The translations under genes and the position numbers were made by a program. From Flavobacteriales bacterium (GTDB lineage Bacteria > Bacteroidota > Bacteroidia > NS11-12g > UBA955), in assembly GCA_947459165.1 (NCBI GenBank), contig CANHCW010000001.1, positions 1 through 45,422 of the forward strand: a stretch of DNA of 45,422 bases, given 5' to 3'. Positions 9,805-18,292 of the stretch are shown in pieces. How positions within the stretch are numbered: the first letter of the stretch is position 1; each line of letters opens with the position of its first letter. A model generated the notes under the pieces. It worked only from the letters and a program-made list of their open reading frames with translations. It was not told where the DNA came from and did not search any database.

Positions 9805-10901
9805 AAAGATTGATTCAGGTTCTGTTTTTATTGATTCCGGCATTTGTTCAAGGTCAAACCAGAAAATATGTAAATGAATTCAACTACATAGGTGTGGGTG
9901 GAAGGCAGTTTGGCATGGGCAAAGCGGGCGTGGCTTCTACTAATGATATTTACAGTGCTTATTGGAATCCGGCGGGTCTTGCCGATATGCAGGACAATAT
10001 GCAGGTTGGTTTTATGCACAATTACTATTTTCAGAACATTGCCAATTTTGATTATTTGGCCTTGGGTGCAAAATCGGGCAAGGACAAAGCATTTGCCTTA
10101 TCAGTATTAAGGTTTGGTGTAGACGGCATTTTAAACACATTGGATTTGATTCGCAACGGGGTGGTGGATTACAATCGTGTTACTGAATTTTCTGCAGTAG
10201 ATTATGCCATGAATGCCTCATATGCGCAGAAAAAAAGACTCATTGTTAATTACAATACCATCATGAGTTGGGGTGTGAATGCAAAGCTGGTGCACCGGCG
10301 GGTGGGCGAATTTGCCCGATCTTGGGGGTTTGGAGTTGATGCTGCTTTCAGGCTGACGGATTATAACAACCGCTGGGGATTTAGCGTAGTAGCAAGAGAT
10401 ATTACAACCACCTTCAACAACTGGAGCTTTGAATTTAGCAACAATCAGAAAGACATTTATGCACTCACCGGCAATACCATACCTAAAACCAGTCTTGAAT
10501 TGGCATTGCCCCGTTTTTGTACCGGCGGATTTTATCGGTTTAAGGAAGGAAAACTGGAACTTCTTGGGGAATTAAACCTGGATTTGACCACTGACGGAAA
10601 GCGAAATACCCTGATCAGTTCTGAATTTATTAGTGGCGATGTGAGAATGGGAATTGAGGCCGGATTGAACGATGAAGACAAAGGTTACAAACTGCTGCTA
10701 AGAACCGGATTGTATAATTTTCAGCGCGAAACGAGGCAGAATGGTAAATTCGGTATGACTGTTCAGCCTACTGTGGGTTTGGGAATAGTATACAACAGGT
10801 TAAGTCTTGACTATGCTCTTGCCGGTTTTGGGGCCGGAGGAACGGGTTTGTACAGCAATATTATCTCACTTGGTATTGGCATCAATAGAAGCGAGAAATA
10901 A
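9801..10901 (+). CDS. PorV/PorQ-family outer-membrane beta-barrel protein (T9SS-associated family)
   Basis: Signal peptide. The GVGGRQFGMGKAGVASTNDIYSAYWNPAGLA motif resembles the PorV/PorQ N-terminal signature. Alternating beta-strand pattern throughout. Its ATG overlaps the upstream stop (ATGA). Confidence 0.5.
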   Translation: MKRLIQVLFLLIPAFVQGQTRKYVNEFNYIGVGGRQFGMGKAGVASTNDIYSAYWNPAGLADMQDNMQVGFMHNYYFQNIANFDYLALGAKSGKDKAFALSVLRFGVDGILNTLDLIRNGVVDYNRVTEFSAVDYAMNASYAQKKRLIVNYNTIMSWGVNAKLVHRRVGEFARSWGFGVDAAFRLTDYNNRWGFSVVARDITTTFNNWSFEFSNNQKDIYALTGNTIPKTSLELALPRFCTGGFYRFKEGKLELLGELNLDLTTDGKRNTLISSEFISGDVRMGIEAGLNDEDKGYKLLLRTGLYNFQRETRQNGKFGMTVQPTVGLGIVYNRLSLDYALAGFGAGGTGLYSNIISLGIGINRSEK

Positions 10902-10917
10902 TCAGATTTTAGGTTTC

Positions 10918-11898
10918 TTACAATAATAGTTTGTTCAATGCCGGCGAGTAGAGTGAAATTACAATGGCGGCGAGAAGAATAAAATGAAGAAATTCCTTTG
11001 AATTTTTTCCCTTGTTTCCCAGTAAGAAGTAACCTGAAAATAGGGAAATGGCGGGCGCGGCAATGTGAAAACTATAATTAATAAGGTTAAATCGGACAGC
11101 GATAATAAGCAAGGTGAACACCAGGAATGAGATAAAAATCAACGATACCCTGCGCGTTTGTATGTTGTTTTTTAAGTAGTTTATGCTGGTTTTAGCAAGG
11201 CCGAGAAAAACCAGAAAAAGCAGGGCTATCACAGCGAGGAAATGCAGGATATCGCCCTGAAGATCCGGCAATGTGAGTTTGTAGCCGGATGACGGCAATT
11301 TGATTTTCTGATCAAACATCAATGCTGAGGCCCCAAGAAATATAAAGGGAATCATTGCCCCGCTGACGATGGCGAGCAAATCTCGGACTTTAACATTTTT
11401 AAATATAATCGTAAATATGATAAGCAGTATGGGAGCAGTAATATATTCAACGATAAAGAATGATGAAAGACTGAATAATGCGGCTGTGTAAAACAAGACC
11501 AGCGCACCATCCTGTGCCCTGTAAAAGCCAAGCACCCTGGACAAAGCGCCTAGCACGAGAAAATTTCCAACTAGCACAGGGTTGATGAACAGCATTTCAG
11601 GGAAAATACTGTTGCACAGCACGAACATCCATGCAGGAAGAAACGAGTGGGCATAGAGAACATCGTGTTCAATACAAATTCTGTTAAAAATGAGTGCCTG
11701 TCCGAAAAGAAAAACAAATGCCAGCAACATTGAAACGGCAGGTTGGCTATTGAGTCCATTAAAAAGACCACCAATAATGTCTGAGTCCGGTTGGCTTGAA
11801 CTTTCAAGAAACCAATATGCAGGAAGCCGCAGCAATGCCGTTCCGATCAACAAGGCGATGATGGCTGAGGGGCGGATATGCTGGAAATATTTAAGCAT
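10918..11898 (-). CDS. Polytopic integral membrane protein of unknown function
   Basis: 326 aa with about 9-10 hydrophobic helices and no catalytic motif recognised. Its start overlaps the upstream stop by 1 nt (TGATG). Confidence 0.55.
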   Translation of the reverse strand: MLKYFQHIRPSAIIALLIGTALLRLPAYWFLESSSQPDSDIIGGLFNGLNSQPAVSMLLAFVFLFGQALIFNRICIEHDVLYAHSFLPAWMFVLCNSIFPEMLFINPVLVGNFLVLGALSRVLGFYRAQDGALVLFYTAALFSLSSFFIVEYITAPILLIIFTIIFKNVKVRDLLAIVSGAMIPFIFLGASALMFDQKIKLPSSGYKLTLPDLQGDILHFLAVIALLFLVFLGLAKTSINYLKNNIQTRRVSLIFISFLVFTLLIIAVRFNLINYSFHIAAPAISLFSGYFLLGNKGKNSKEFLHFILLAAIVISLYSPALNKLLL

Positions 11899-13355
11899 CA
11901 GGGTGTATCGGATTCTCGTACTTTAAGAAAATAGGTTTGTTTATCGGTTACCAAAGGAACAACAAAACGGTTAAATCCCGTTTGTTTTCCTTCAGAAGGA
12001 ATGACAGCTGTGTAGGCATTTTCGCTGCTGAAGAGTACTTTTTGTAACATTTTGCCGGATCTGCCAAGACTTACATACATCACCCGATTGTTTTGTGAAA
12101 TGTTATCGTTGTAAAGCAAATGAACAAAGCTGTCGCAAACAAAAGTAGCAATGCTGTTATAGTGGTTCGAGCTGGCAAAGCTGCTTTGTCGTTTGTGCAG
12201 TAAATAATTCCATTCGTTGTTTCCGGCACTGTCCAGGGCCAGAAAAAGCACATCGTTGTAGTTGTAAACATTTTTACTGCTGGTTTGGGGAATACCATTG
12301 AGAAAAAATGTTTCGAGCTGCTGTGAAATTTGAAAATTCTCGGAGACCATGAGCAACCCACCATCACTTCGGGGAATGAGTTTGCGAACATAAAAATGTT
12401 CCGGTTCTTTTCCTGCTTCTTCGTTTGCATTACCAATAATATCAGCCACTGTTTTGCGGTTAATGGGTGTCATGATGGCTTCATCCTGTTGAAATAGATT
12501 GTAATTAACACGGAAAACGCCATGGGCAGCTTCAGAATTTTTAAAATCATAGAAGCCACAGGTAGTGAATTTGCCGCTGAATTCATCGCAAACGAGTTCA
12601 ATACCGGAAATAAAGAACTTTCCGGCACCAAGGGCAAATGGTTCGGAAGTGCTGTTGCTGCTGAATGTACAGGCAAAATACTGTTTGGAAGCAGGATCTG
12701 ACTTTCTTTTTGAATCGTCGTTAAATTCCACAATGCAAGATGATAACCCGGAATTGGAAACGGCGGTTTGTGCTATTCTCATATCGCGGTGGTTAAACTG
12801 CAGATTTTGCACCGTGCTGTAAGTTTTGTTTTCAGGAATATTAAATAGGATGTTTCGAATGCGCTGATTTCCGTTTTCGGCTTCCTCTTCAATCCACACC
12901 GAGCACCATTCTCTGTTTTGACTGTAATCCGCAGCAATTCCGTCTTCGCTTTCGGCACGAAAACCACTTCCGAGTTTAATGATTTCGGGATCTTTTTTTA
13001 GAGAAAAGCCAAAAAATACAGCTTGCACATCGATTGATTTTTCAGGTCCGGTGTGTTGAATGTAAACCAGACCGCTGTCGCGGGTAAAAATGCGGATGAG
13101 CTTTTGTTTGTTCTTGAAAGCAATATTTTGTTCCTCGAGCAAGTCAAGATTGTGCGAATAGCGATCGAGTGAGATGTGTCGTTTGATATCGATATCGCGG
13201 TACCGCAGAACATAGATACCGCCCTTGTTATCACCGATAACGCGGTTATTGCTCATTGCGCCGGAAGGTCGGGGCAAGTTGGAAATAATTACTTGTTGTG
13301 CTGAGCTCTGCATGGCAAAACAGCAAATCATCGCGAACAACAGTGATTTTTTCAT
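11898..13355 (-). CDS. Secreted protein of unknown function
   Basis: The ORF-track start at 13394 is TTG. The in-frame ATG at 13355 gives a canonical signal peptide, MKKSLLFAMICCFAMQSSAQQ. No domain recognised. Confidence 0.5.
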   Translation of the reverse strand: MKKSLLFAMICCFAMQSSAQQVIISNLPRPSGAMSNNRVIGDNKGGIYVLRYRDIDIKRHISLDRYSHNLDLLEEQNIAFKNKQKLIRIFTRDSGLVYIQHTGPEKSIDVQAVFFGFSLKKDPEIIKLGSGFRAESEDGIAADYSQNREWCSVWIEEEAENGNQRIRNILFNIPENKTYSTVQNLQFNHRDMRIAQTAVSNSGLSSCIVEFNDDSKRKSDPASKQYFACTFSSNSTSEPFALGAGKFFISGIELVCDEFSGKFTTCGFYDFKNSEAAHGVFRVNYNLFQQDEAIMTPINRKTVADIIGNANEEAGKEPEHFYVRKLIPRSDGGLLMVSENFQISQQLETFFLNGIPQTSSKNVYNYNDVLFLALDSAGNNEWNYLLHKRQSSFASSNHYNSIATFVCDSFVHLLYNDNISQNNRVMYVSLGRSGKMLQKVLFSSENAYTAVIPSEGKQTGFNRFVVPLVTDKQTYFLKVRESDTP

Positions 13356-13427
13356 CAACCCTTCAAAATTCGCATCAAGTGTCGGTATTCCCAAACGGAA
13401 TCGGGGTAATTTCGCAGCATATTGACA

Positions 13428-14618
13428 ATGAAGGAAAGTGGCAAAGGGCTGATTTCAACCGAGAAAAAACAGGAAATGGCTGTGATAGCAGGGGTCGATT
13501 ACCCCGCGCTGGAGGGAAGAATGGATGAATTTCTTGATGAGCTTGAACAGTTGATTACAACTGCCGGAGCTATTCCTGTAAAGCGATTTACCCAAAAGCT
13601 GCCCCATCCCAACCCCAAATACTATTTCGGCAGTGGCAAGCTGAATGATTTGACGGAATGGGTAAAATCGAACGGGGTGGACATGGTGGTTTTTGATGAT
13701 GATCTTAGCCCCTCGCAAGTACGGAACCTTGAAGCTGCGATGCCGGATGTAAAAATTTTAAGCCGAACCCACCTCATTTTGGACATTTTTGCGCGCAATG
13801 CAAGAACAGCCCAAGCCAAAATACAGGTTGAACTCGCACAAAGTGTTTTCTTACTTCCCCGGCTTACCCGCATGTGGACGCACCTTAGCAGGCAAAAGGG
13901 AGGAATTGGATTGAGAGGGCCGGGGGAAACGGAAATTGAGACGGATCGCCGTGCGCTAAGAAATAAAATAAGTGTGTTGAGGGAAAGGCTTGCTCACATT
14001 GAAAAAACAGCGAAAACCCAGAGATTGTCGAGGGAAGGAATGTACCGGGTTGCACTGGCGGGCTATACCAATGTAGGTAAAAGCACTATCATGAATTTGC
14101 TCAGCAAATCGGAGGTGTTGGTAGAGAACAAACTGTTTGCTACACTGGATGCAACGGTAAGGAAAATTGTGCTGCCGCACCCTGAAGACGATTTAAAAAA
14201 CATACCCTTGTTGCTGAGTGATACGGTGGGTTTTATCAGAAAACTGCCTACCCCGCTGGTGGAAAGTTTTAAAAGTACTTTGGCCGAGGCATTGGAGGCA
14301 GATTTGTTGTTGCATGTGGTTGATATCAGTAACCCACATTTTGAGGAGCAGATGCGTTCGGTAAAGGAAACTTTGCTGGCGATAGGAGCAGGAAACAAGC
14401 CCGAATTGGTGGTGTTTAACAAGATTGACGCTTTCAGGGGTGCGCCTGATGATTTTTATGTGGGACAAACCGGTCTTACCGCCACGCAGTTTGAAAAAAG
14501 CTGGATTGCAAAGGAAAATGCGCCTGCAGTGTTTGTGTCTGCCACGGCAAAGAGCAATGTTGAGAGCTTGAAAACAGCCCTTACTAATTTGCTGTTGAAA
14601 GTGAGAAAAGGCGTTTAG
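13428..14618 (+). CDS. hflX: GTPase HflX
   Basis: G1 GYTNVGKST, G3 DTVGF, G4 NKID, plus an HflX-type N-terminal domain. The ATG at 13428 is preferred over the TTG at 13422. Confidence 0.85.
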   Translation: MKESGKGLISTEKKQEMAVIAGVDYPALEGRMDEFLDELEQLITTAGAIPVKRFTQKLPHPNPKYYFGSGKLNDLTEWVKSNGVDMVVFDDDLSPSQVRNLEAAMPDVKILSRTHLILDIFARNARTAQAKIQVELAQSVFLLPRLTRMWTHLSRQKGGIGLRGPGETEIETDRRALRNKISVLRERLAHIEKTAKTQRLSREGMYRVALAGYTNVGKSTIMNLLSKSEVLVENKLFATLDATVRKIVLPHPEDDLKNIPLLLSDTVGFIRKLPTPLVESFKSTLAEALEADLLLHVVDISNPHFEEQMRSVKETLLAIGAGNKPELVVFNKIDAFRGAPDDFYVGQTGLTATQFEKSWIAKENAPAVFVSATAKSNVESLKTALTNLLLKVRKGV

Positions 14619-14655
14619 CCGCTATTTTACAGGGTTAAAATAAACAGTAATTTTT

Positions 14656-14739
14656 AAAAAGTGTAAAGTAAAAAGTTCAAAAAGTGTAAAATGAAATTAT
14701 TAAAAAGTGTAAAATGGCTTTATATTTGTGGATGTAAAG
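14656..14739 (+). repeat. Direct repeat array: AAAAAGTGTAAA(ATG) x3 at exact 23-bp spacing, plus a degenerate fourth copy (ATGTAAAG)
   Basis: Copies start at 14656, 14679 and 14702. The core GTGTAAA(G/A) is at 14661, 14684 and 14707, and ATGTAAAG at 14732. The array lies in the hflX/ATPase intergenic region. Confidence 0.7.
14721..14728 (+). promoter_or_regulatory. Candidate -7 promoter box (TATATTTG) for the AAA ATPase gene
   Basis: Matches TAnnTTTG and ends 12 nt upstream of the ATG at 14741. No clear -33 TTTG. Confidence 0.3.
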
Positions 14740-14740
14740 C

Positions 14741-15997
14741 ATGCTGCAATACAAGGCGAGAATAACAGACAAGGAGTTAATCGAGAAGCTTAATTCTTCC
14801 GGCGCAGTGTTGATTCGGGGGTCAAAGGCTTGCGGAAAAACAGAATCGGCGAAGCAGTTGGCGAAGAGTGTATTGAAGGTTGATAGAGACTTGCAGGTAC
14901 CCGAGTTGATGGCTGCGAATCCAGGCAGGCTGTTACTGGGTGAAACTCCGCGCCTTATTGATGAGTGGCAGCTTGAACCTAAATTGTGGGATTACATTCG
15001 CCACGAAATAGATGAGAGGCAAAAAAATGCGCAGTTTATACTCACGGGTTCTGCCAATCCGGAAGAGACTGCCAGAATGCATTCGGGGGCCGGAAGGTTT
15101 ACCATTGTTGATATGCGCACAATGACCTGGCAGGAGCTGGGATTTTCGACAGGAAAGGTTAGTCTGGCCGCTTTATTTGATGCAGGTAAAATTGATATTT
15201 ATGATGATCCCACGGATTTGGAATTTATTATTGAAAGAATCGTTACCGGAGGGTTTCCTGCGCTGATGGGTAAGAGTTTATCGCAAGCCGGATACTTAAA
15301 CAGGGCTTATGTTGATTTGTTGGCAGAGACGGATATGAGCAGGGTTTCAAATATGAAGCGGGATCCGGTTAAGGTAAAAAGTTTGTTGCGTTCGCTGGCG
15401 CGCAATACGGCAACGATGGCGGACATAACCTCATTGGAAAAGGATATTTACGGAGCAGAAAACATTGATATTAGCAGACCTACAGTTTACGATTATATGG
15501 ATGCATTGAATCGTTTGATGGTTATAGAAGATCAGCCGGCTTGGAGTCCCCACATGAGGTCGTCGGCTGTATTGAGAAAAGCGCCTAAGCGGCACTTTAC
15601 AGATCCTGCGCTGGCAGTAGCGGCTTTGGGCGCAGGTAAGGGTTCGCTTTTAAAAGATTTAAAATTTACGGGTTTTTTGTTTGAATCATTGGTTACACAC
15701 GAACTGCGGGTATACGCACAGGCGAATGATGCCAAAGTTTATCACTACAGAGATTCCAGTGCGTTGGAGGTGGACGCTATTGTTCAAAAACACAGTGGTG
15801 AATGGTGTGCGTTTGAGGTAAAACTTGGAGCCGGCAAAATAGAGGAGGCCGCCTTTGCACTGAAGAAATTTGAATCAAAACTGGATTTGCAAAGAACCAA
15901 ACCACCCCGTTCGTTAAACATCATTACGGGCACGGGAATCAGTTATACCCGAAAAGACGGGATCAATGTAATTGCTTTGGCATCGTTAGGTGTTTAG
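14741..15997 (+). CDS. AAA-type ATP-binding protein (AAA_14/DUF4143-like)
   Basis: Walker A GSKACGKTES, Walker B-like RLIDEWQ, and a C-terminal region resembling DUF4143 (restriction-endonuclease-like fold). Confidence 0.6.
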   Translation: MLQYKARITDKELIEKLNSSGAVLIRGSKACGKTESAKQLAKSVLKVDRDLQVPELMAANPGRLLLGETPRLIDEWQLEPKLWDYIRHEIDERQKNAQFILTGSANPEETARMHSGAGRFTIVDMRTMTWQELGFSTGKVSLAALFDAGKIDIYDDPTDLEFIIERIVTGGFPALMGKSLSQAGYLNRAYVDLLAETDMSRVSNMKRDPVKVKSLLRSLARNTATMADITSLEKDIYGAENIDISRPTVYDYMDALNRLMVIEDQPAWSPHMRSSAVLRKAPKRHFTDPALAVAALGAGKGSLLKDLKFTGFLFESLVTHELRVYAQANDAKVYHYRDSSALEVDAIVQKHSGEWCAFEVKLGAGKIEEAAFALKKFESKLDLQRTKPPRSLNIITGTGISYTRKDGINVIALASLGV

Positions 15998-16012
15998 CGA
16001 AATAATACAACT

Positions 16013-16663
16013 ATGCAAAAACGATTTACACCGGAAGAACAGGCCGCCCAGTTAAGAAAGCCCCACGGAGAAGACGCCCGGGTGATTGCGGAATACATGG
16101 CAGCACAGAATGTGAAATTGTACGGTGAAATTCTGAAGTCGTTGAATGTGGAAAGCGGGCAACACATTCTAGAGGTAGGTTGTGGAGAGGCGCTTTTAGC
16201 GGGCGACATTGTGGGGCGGGCTGCTGATGTGTTTTACACAGGAATTGATTATTCACCAGAAATGATAGCCATGGCAAAATGGCGATGGACCAACATTCAT
16301 GCAATAACCTTGCTGCAGGGAGAAATTGCCAATATGCCCTTTTCCGATTCTTCATTTGATGTTGTATTTGGTATCAATGTGGTCTATTTTTGGGATGAAC
16401 CGCGGATTGAGCTTGAAGAAATAAAAAGGGTTATGAAATCCGGTGGCCAATTGTTGCTGGGCTACAGACCCAAGGAAAAGATGAAGCAGATACCTTTTAC
16501 AGCCCTGCAGTTTAACCTCTATGACCCGCCTGAACTGGTTGCCATACTGGAAGAAGCCGGCTTTGAGAGAGAAGAAAGCTTTTTGTTTGATGAAGAACCC
16601 CGTTTGATTTCAGGTGAATGGAAACCCATGCAGGGGTGCGTAAGCGCATTCAAAAAAGCATAA
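16013..16663 (+). CDS. Class I SAM-dependent methyltransferase
   Basis: Motif I ILEVGCGEA, plus post-I and motif II patterns (FDVVFGINVVYF). Lies 15 nt downstream of the ATPase gene. Confidence 0.7.
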   Translation: MQKRFTPEEQAAQLRKPHGEDARVIAEYMAAQNVKLYGEILKSLNVESGQHILEVGCGEALLAGDIVGRAADVFYTGIDYSPEMIAMAKWRWTNIHAITLLQGEIANMPFSDSSFDVVFGINVVYFWDEPRIELEEIKRVMKSGGQLLLGYRPKEKMKQIPFTALQFNLYDPPELVAILEEAGFEREESFLFDEEPRLISGEWKPMQGCVSAFKKA

Positions 16664-16700
16664 AAAAAGGCCGCTTTTGGGGCGGCCATTCAAAATTTTT
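16662..16700. terminator. Bidirectional intrinsic terminator
   Basis: GC stem GGCCGC (16669-16674) / GCGGCC (16682-16687) with a 7-nt loop, flanked by an A-run upstream and T-runs downstream. Lies between convergent genes. Confidence 0.6.
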
Positions 16701-16706
16701 CAGAAA

Positions 16707-16928
16707 TTAGAGTTCATCCTCGTTGAAGAAATAATCTTCATCAGTGGGATAATCGCTCCAGATTTCCTCAATGCTTTCGTAAGGTTCACCGTCGTCTTCC
16801 AGTTCCTGGAGGTTTTCTATCACTTCCAGTGGGGCACCCGAACGGATGGCATAATCAATCAGTTCGTCTTTGGTGGCGGGCCATGGAGCATCGTCCAGGT
16901 AGCTTACAAGTTCAAGTGTCCAGTACAT
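16707..16928 (-). CDS. DUF2795 domain protein (small acidic protein)
   Basis: LVSYLDDAPWPATKDELIDYAIRSGAPLEVIENL matches the DUF2795 pattern. Has an acidic C-terminal tail. Confidence 0.65.
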   Translation of the reverse strand: MYWTLELVSYLDDAPWPATKDELIDYAIRSGAPLEVIENLQELEDDGEPYESIEEIWSDYPTDEDYFFNEDEL

Positions 16929-17101
16929 AATTTTTTACTTTGGTTCGTTCCGCGAAAATACATTTTTACATCTATGTTGCAAATGATGTTGAAGTCTTTT
17001 AGAAAATTTTATTTCGATTTTGAACAAAACAGCATAAAATGCAGCATATTAAATATTTAAAATGTTGTTAAACCGGCTTTGTTTATGCCGAAATTTGCCA
17101 A

Positions 17102-17749
17102 ATGCATCCTGACTGGCAAAACGAAATCACTGAATATTGTGAGAGGCATAGCAGCGAAGAGTCGGATTTATTGCGCGAACTGACGGCTTGGACATGGAAA
17201 AATACCGTAAATCCCAGAATGCTCAGTGGCAAAATGCAAGGCGCCATGCTTTCCATGTTCTCCAGAATGATGAAACCGGATTGCATACTGGAACTGGGAA
17301 CTTTTACCGGATATTCGGCCCTTTGTTTGCTCGAAGGCTTGTCGGAAGGTGGAACTTTACACAGTATTGAAGCCGATCCGGAAAATGCATGGAAAGCAGC
17401 GCAATTTATAGAGAAACACCCTCGCGGCAAACAGGTAAAGATACATGTAGGTGAAGCGATTAATGCTTTGCCTGAATTAAAATTAGAACCGAATATAATT
17501 TTTGTTGATGCCGATAAGGTAAATTATACCAGGTATTTAAAATTGTGTTTTTCAATACTTAAATCCGGGGGGCTGATGCTTTTTGACAATACGCTGTGGA
17601 GTGGCAGGGTATTGAATGTAAATGACAGGCAAAAAGATGCGGACACTGCGGCCATGCACCGGTTTAATGAAGAATTGAAGCAATTGCCCGGCGCAAGGGT
17701 GTTAATGTTGCCGGTAAGAGACGGCTTGACGCTTGTTTTTAAGAATTGA
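17102..17749 (+). CDS. Class I SAM-dependent O-methyltransferase (caffeoyl-CoA OMT-like, family 3)
   Basis: ILELGTFTGYSALCL motif I, IFVDADK, and LMLFDNTLW, typical of OMT family 3. Confidence 0.7.
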   Translation: MHPDWQNEITEYCERHSSEESDLLRELTAWTWKNTVNPRMLSGKMQGAMLSMFSRMMKPDCILELGTFTGYSALCLLEGLSEGGTLHSIEADPENAWKAAQFIEKHPRGKQVKIHVGEAINALPELKLEPNIIFVDADKVNYTRYLKLCFSILKSGGLMLFDNTLWSGRVLNVNDRQKDADTAAMHRFNEELKQLPGARVLMLPVRDGLTLVFKN

Positions 17750-17762
17750 AACCGATGAAAAT

Positions 17763-18212
17763 TTAGCCTCGCAACTTATCGAGCAGGTTGCTAAGCTCTT
17801 CAGATTCAGCATTGCTGAGAGCAACCAGCGAAGTGTCGATGACGGAAACATTTGGAGCCAGGGTTTCTAGCACTGCGATGCCTTTTTCGGTGATGCGAAT
17901 GTTCATTTTGCGGCGGTTGCTTCTGTCGATATTGCGGTGGATGAGCCCTGATTTGCTTAATCGGTCGCAAAGGCGGGTTAAATCGGGATTTTTATCAAGC
18001 ATAACTTCCTTTATTTCACCGGGGTTTGCAGTGTTGGGATGTCGTCCTTTCAATATGCGCAATACATTGTATTGTTGAGGTGTTAAGTCGTAGGGTTTGA
18101 GTAAATCGCGAAATCTTGCATTGATCCAGGCGGCCGTAAATATGATATTGAGTGTGGCCTTTTGCTTGCTTGAGGAAAAGCGAGCCTGTTTTATTTCTTC
18201 TTCCAGTTTCAC
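17763..18212 (-). CDS. MarR family transcriptional regulator
   Basis: 149 aa with a wHTH core, LTPQQYNVLRIL...GEIKEVM...LTRLCDRLSKSGLI. GTG start. Confidence 0.8.
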   Translation of the reverse strand: MKLEEEIKQARFSSSKQKATLNIIFTAAWINARFRDLLKPYDLTPQQYNVLRILKGRHPNTANPGEIKEVMLDKNPDLTRLCDRLSKSGLIHRNIDRSNRRKMNIRITEKGIAVLETLAPNVSVIDTSLVALSNAESEELSNLLDKLRG

Positions 18213-18278
18213 GATTTTAATTTATTCTGAGATGCGATTTTACGAAATTCATGTCATTAATCAAGAATGCCTTCGATG

Positions 18279-18286
18279 TAAATTTG
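18279..18286 (+). promoter_or_regulatory. Candidate -7 promoter box (TAAATTTG) immediately upstream of the kynureninase ATG at 18293
   Basis: Matches TAnnTTTG and ends 6 nt before the ATG at 18293. It would lie inside the CDS if the ORF-track start at 18251 were used. Confidence 0.25.
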
Positions 18287-18292
18287 CACCCG

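Noticed and set aside
14656-14739. Possibility that the AAAAAGTGTAAA array is a CRISPR or mini-CRISPR
   Set aside because: The repeat core is only 12-15 nt with 8-11 nt between copies, there are only 3-4 units, and no cas genes are present. This is incompatible with CRISPR architecture.
14691-14765. 24-codon Cys-rich small ORF (MKLLKSVKWLYICGCKACCNTRRE) starting at the ATG of repeat copy 2 and overlapping the ATPase start
   Set aside because: No independent support. The ATG is part of the repeated DNA motif, so the motif rather than a peptide is the simpler explanation. It would only be worth revisiting if ribosome profiling shows translation.
16677-17060. 127-aa + strand ORF overlapping DUF2795
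   Set aside because: It starts inside the terminator hairpin and runs antisense to a recognisable DUF2795 gene and through AT-rich promoter DNA. It has no features of its own.
17049-17060. Perfect 12-bp palindrome TTAAATATTTAA in the DUF2795 / O-methyltransferase divergent region
   Set aside because: It is pure A/T in an AT-rich promoter region, so it is expected by chance. No second copy or partner motif was seen.
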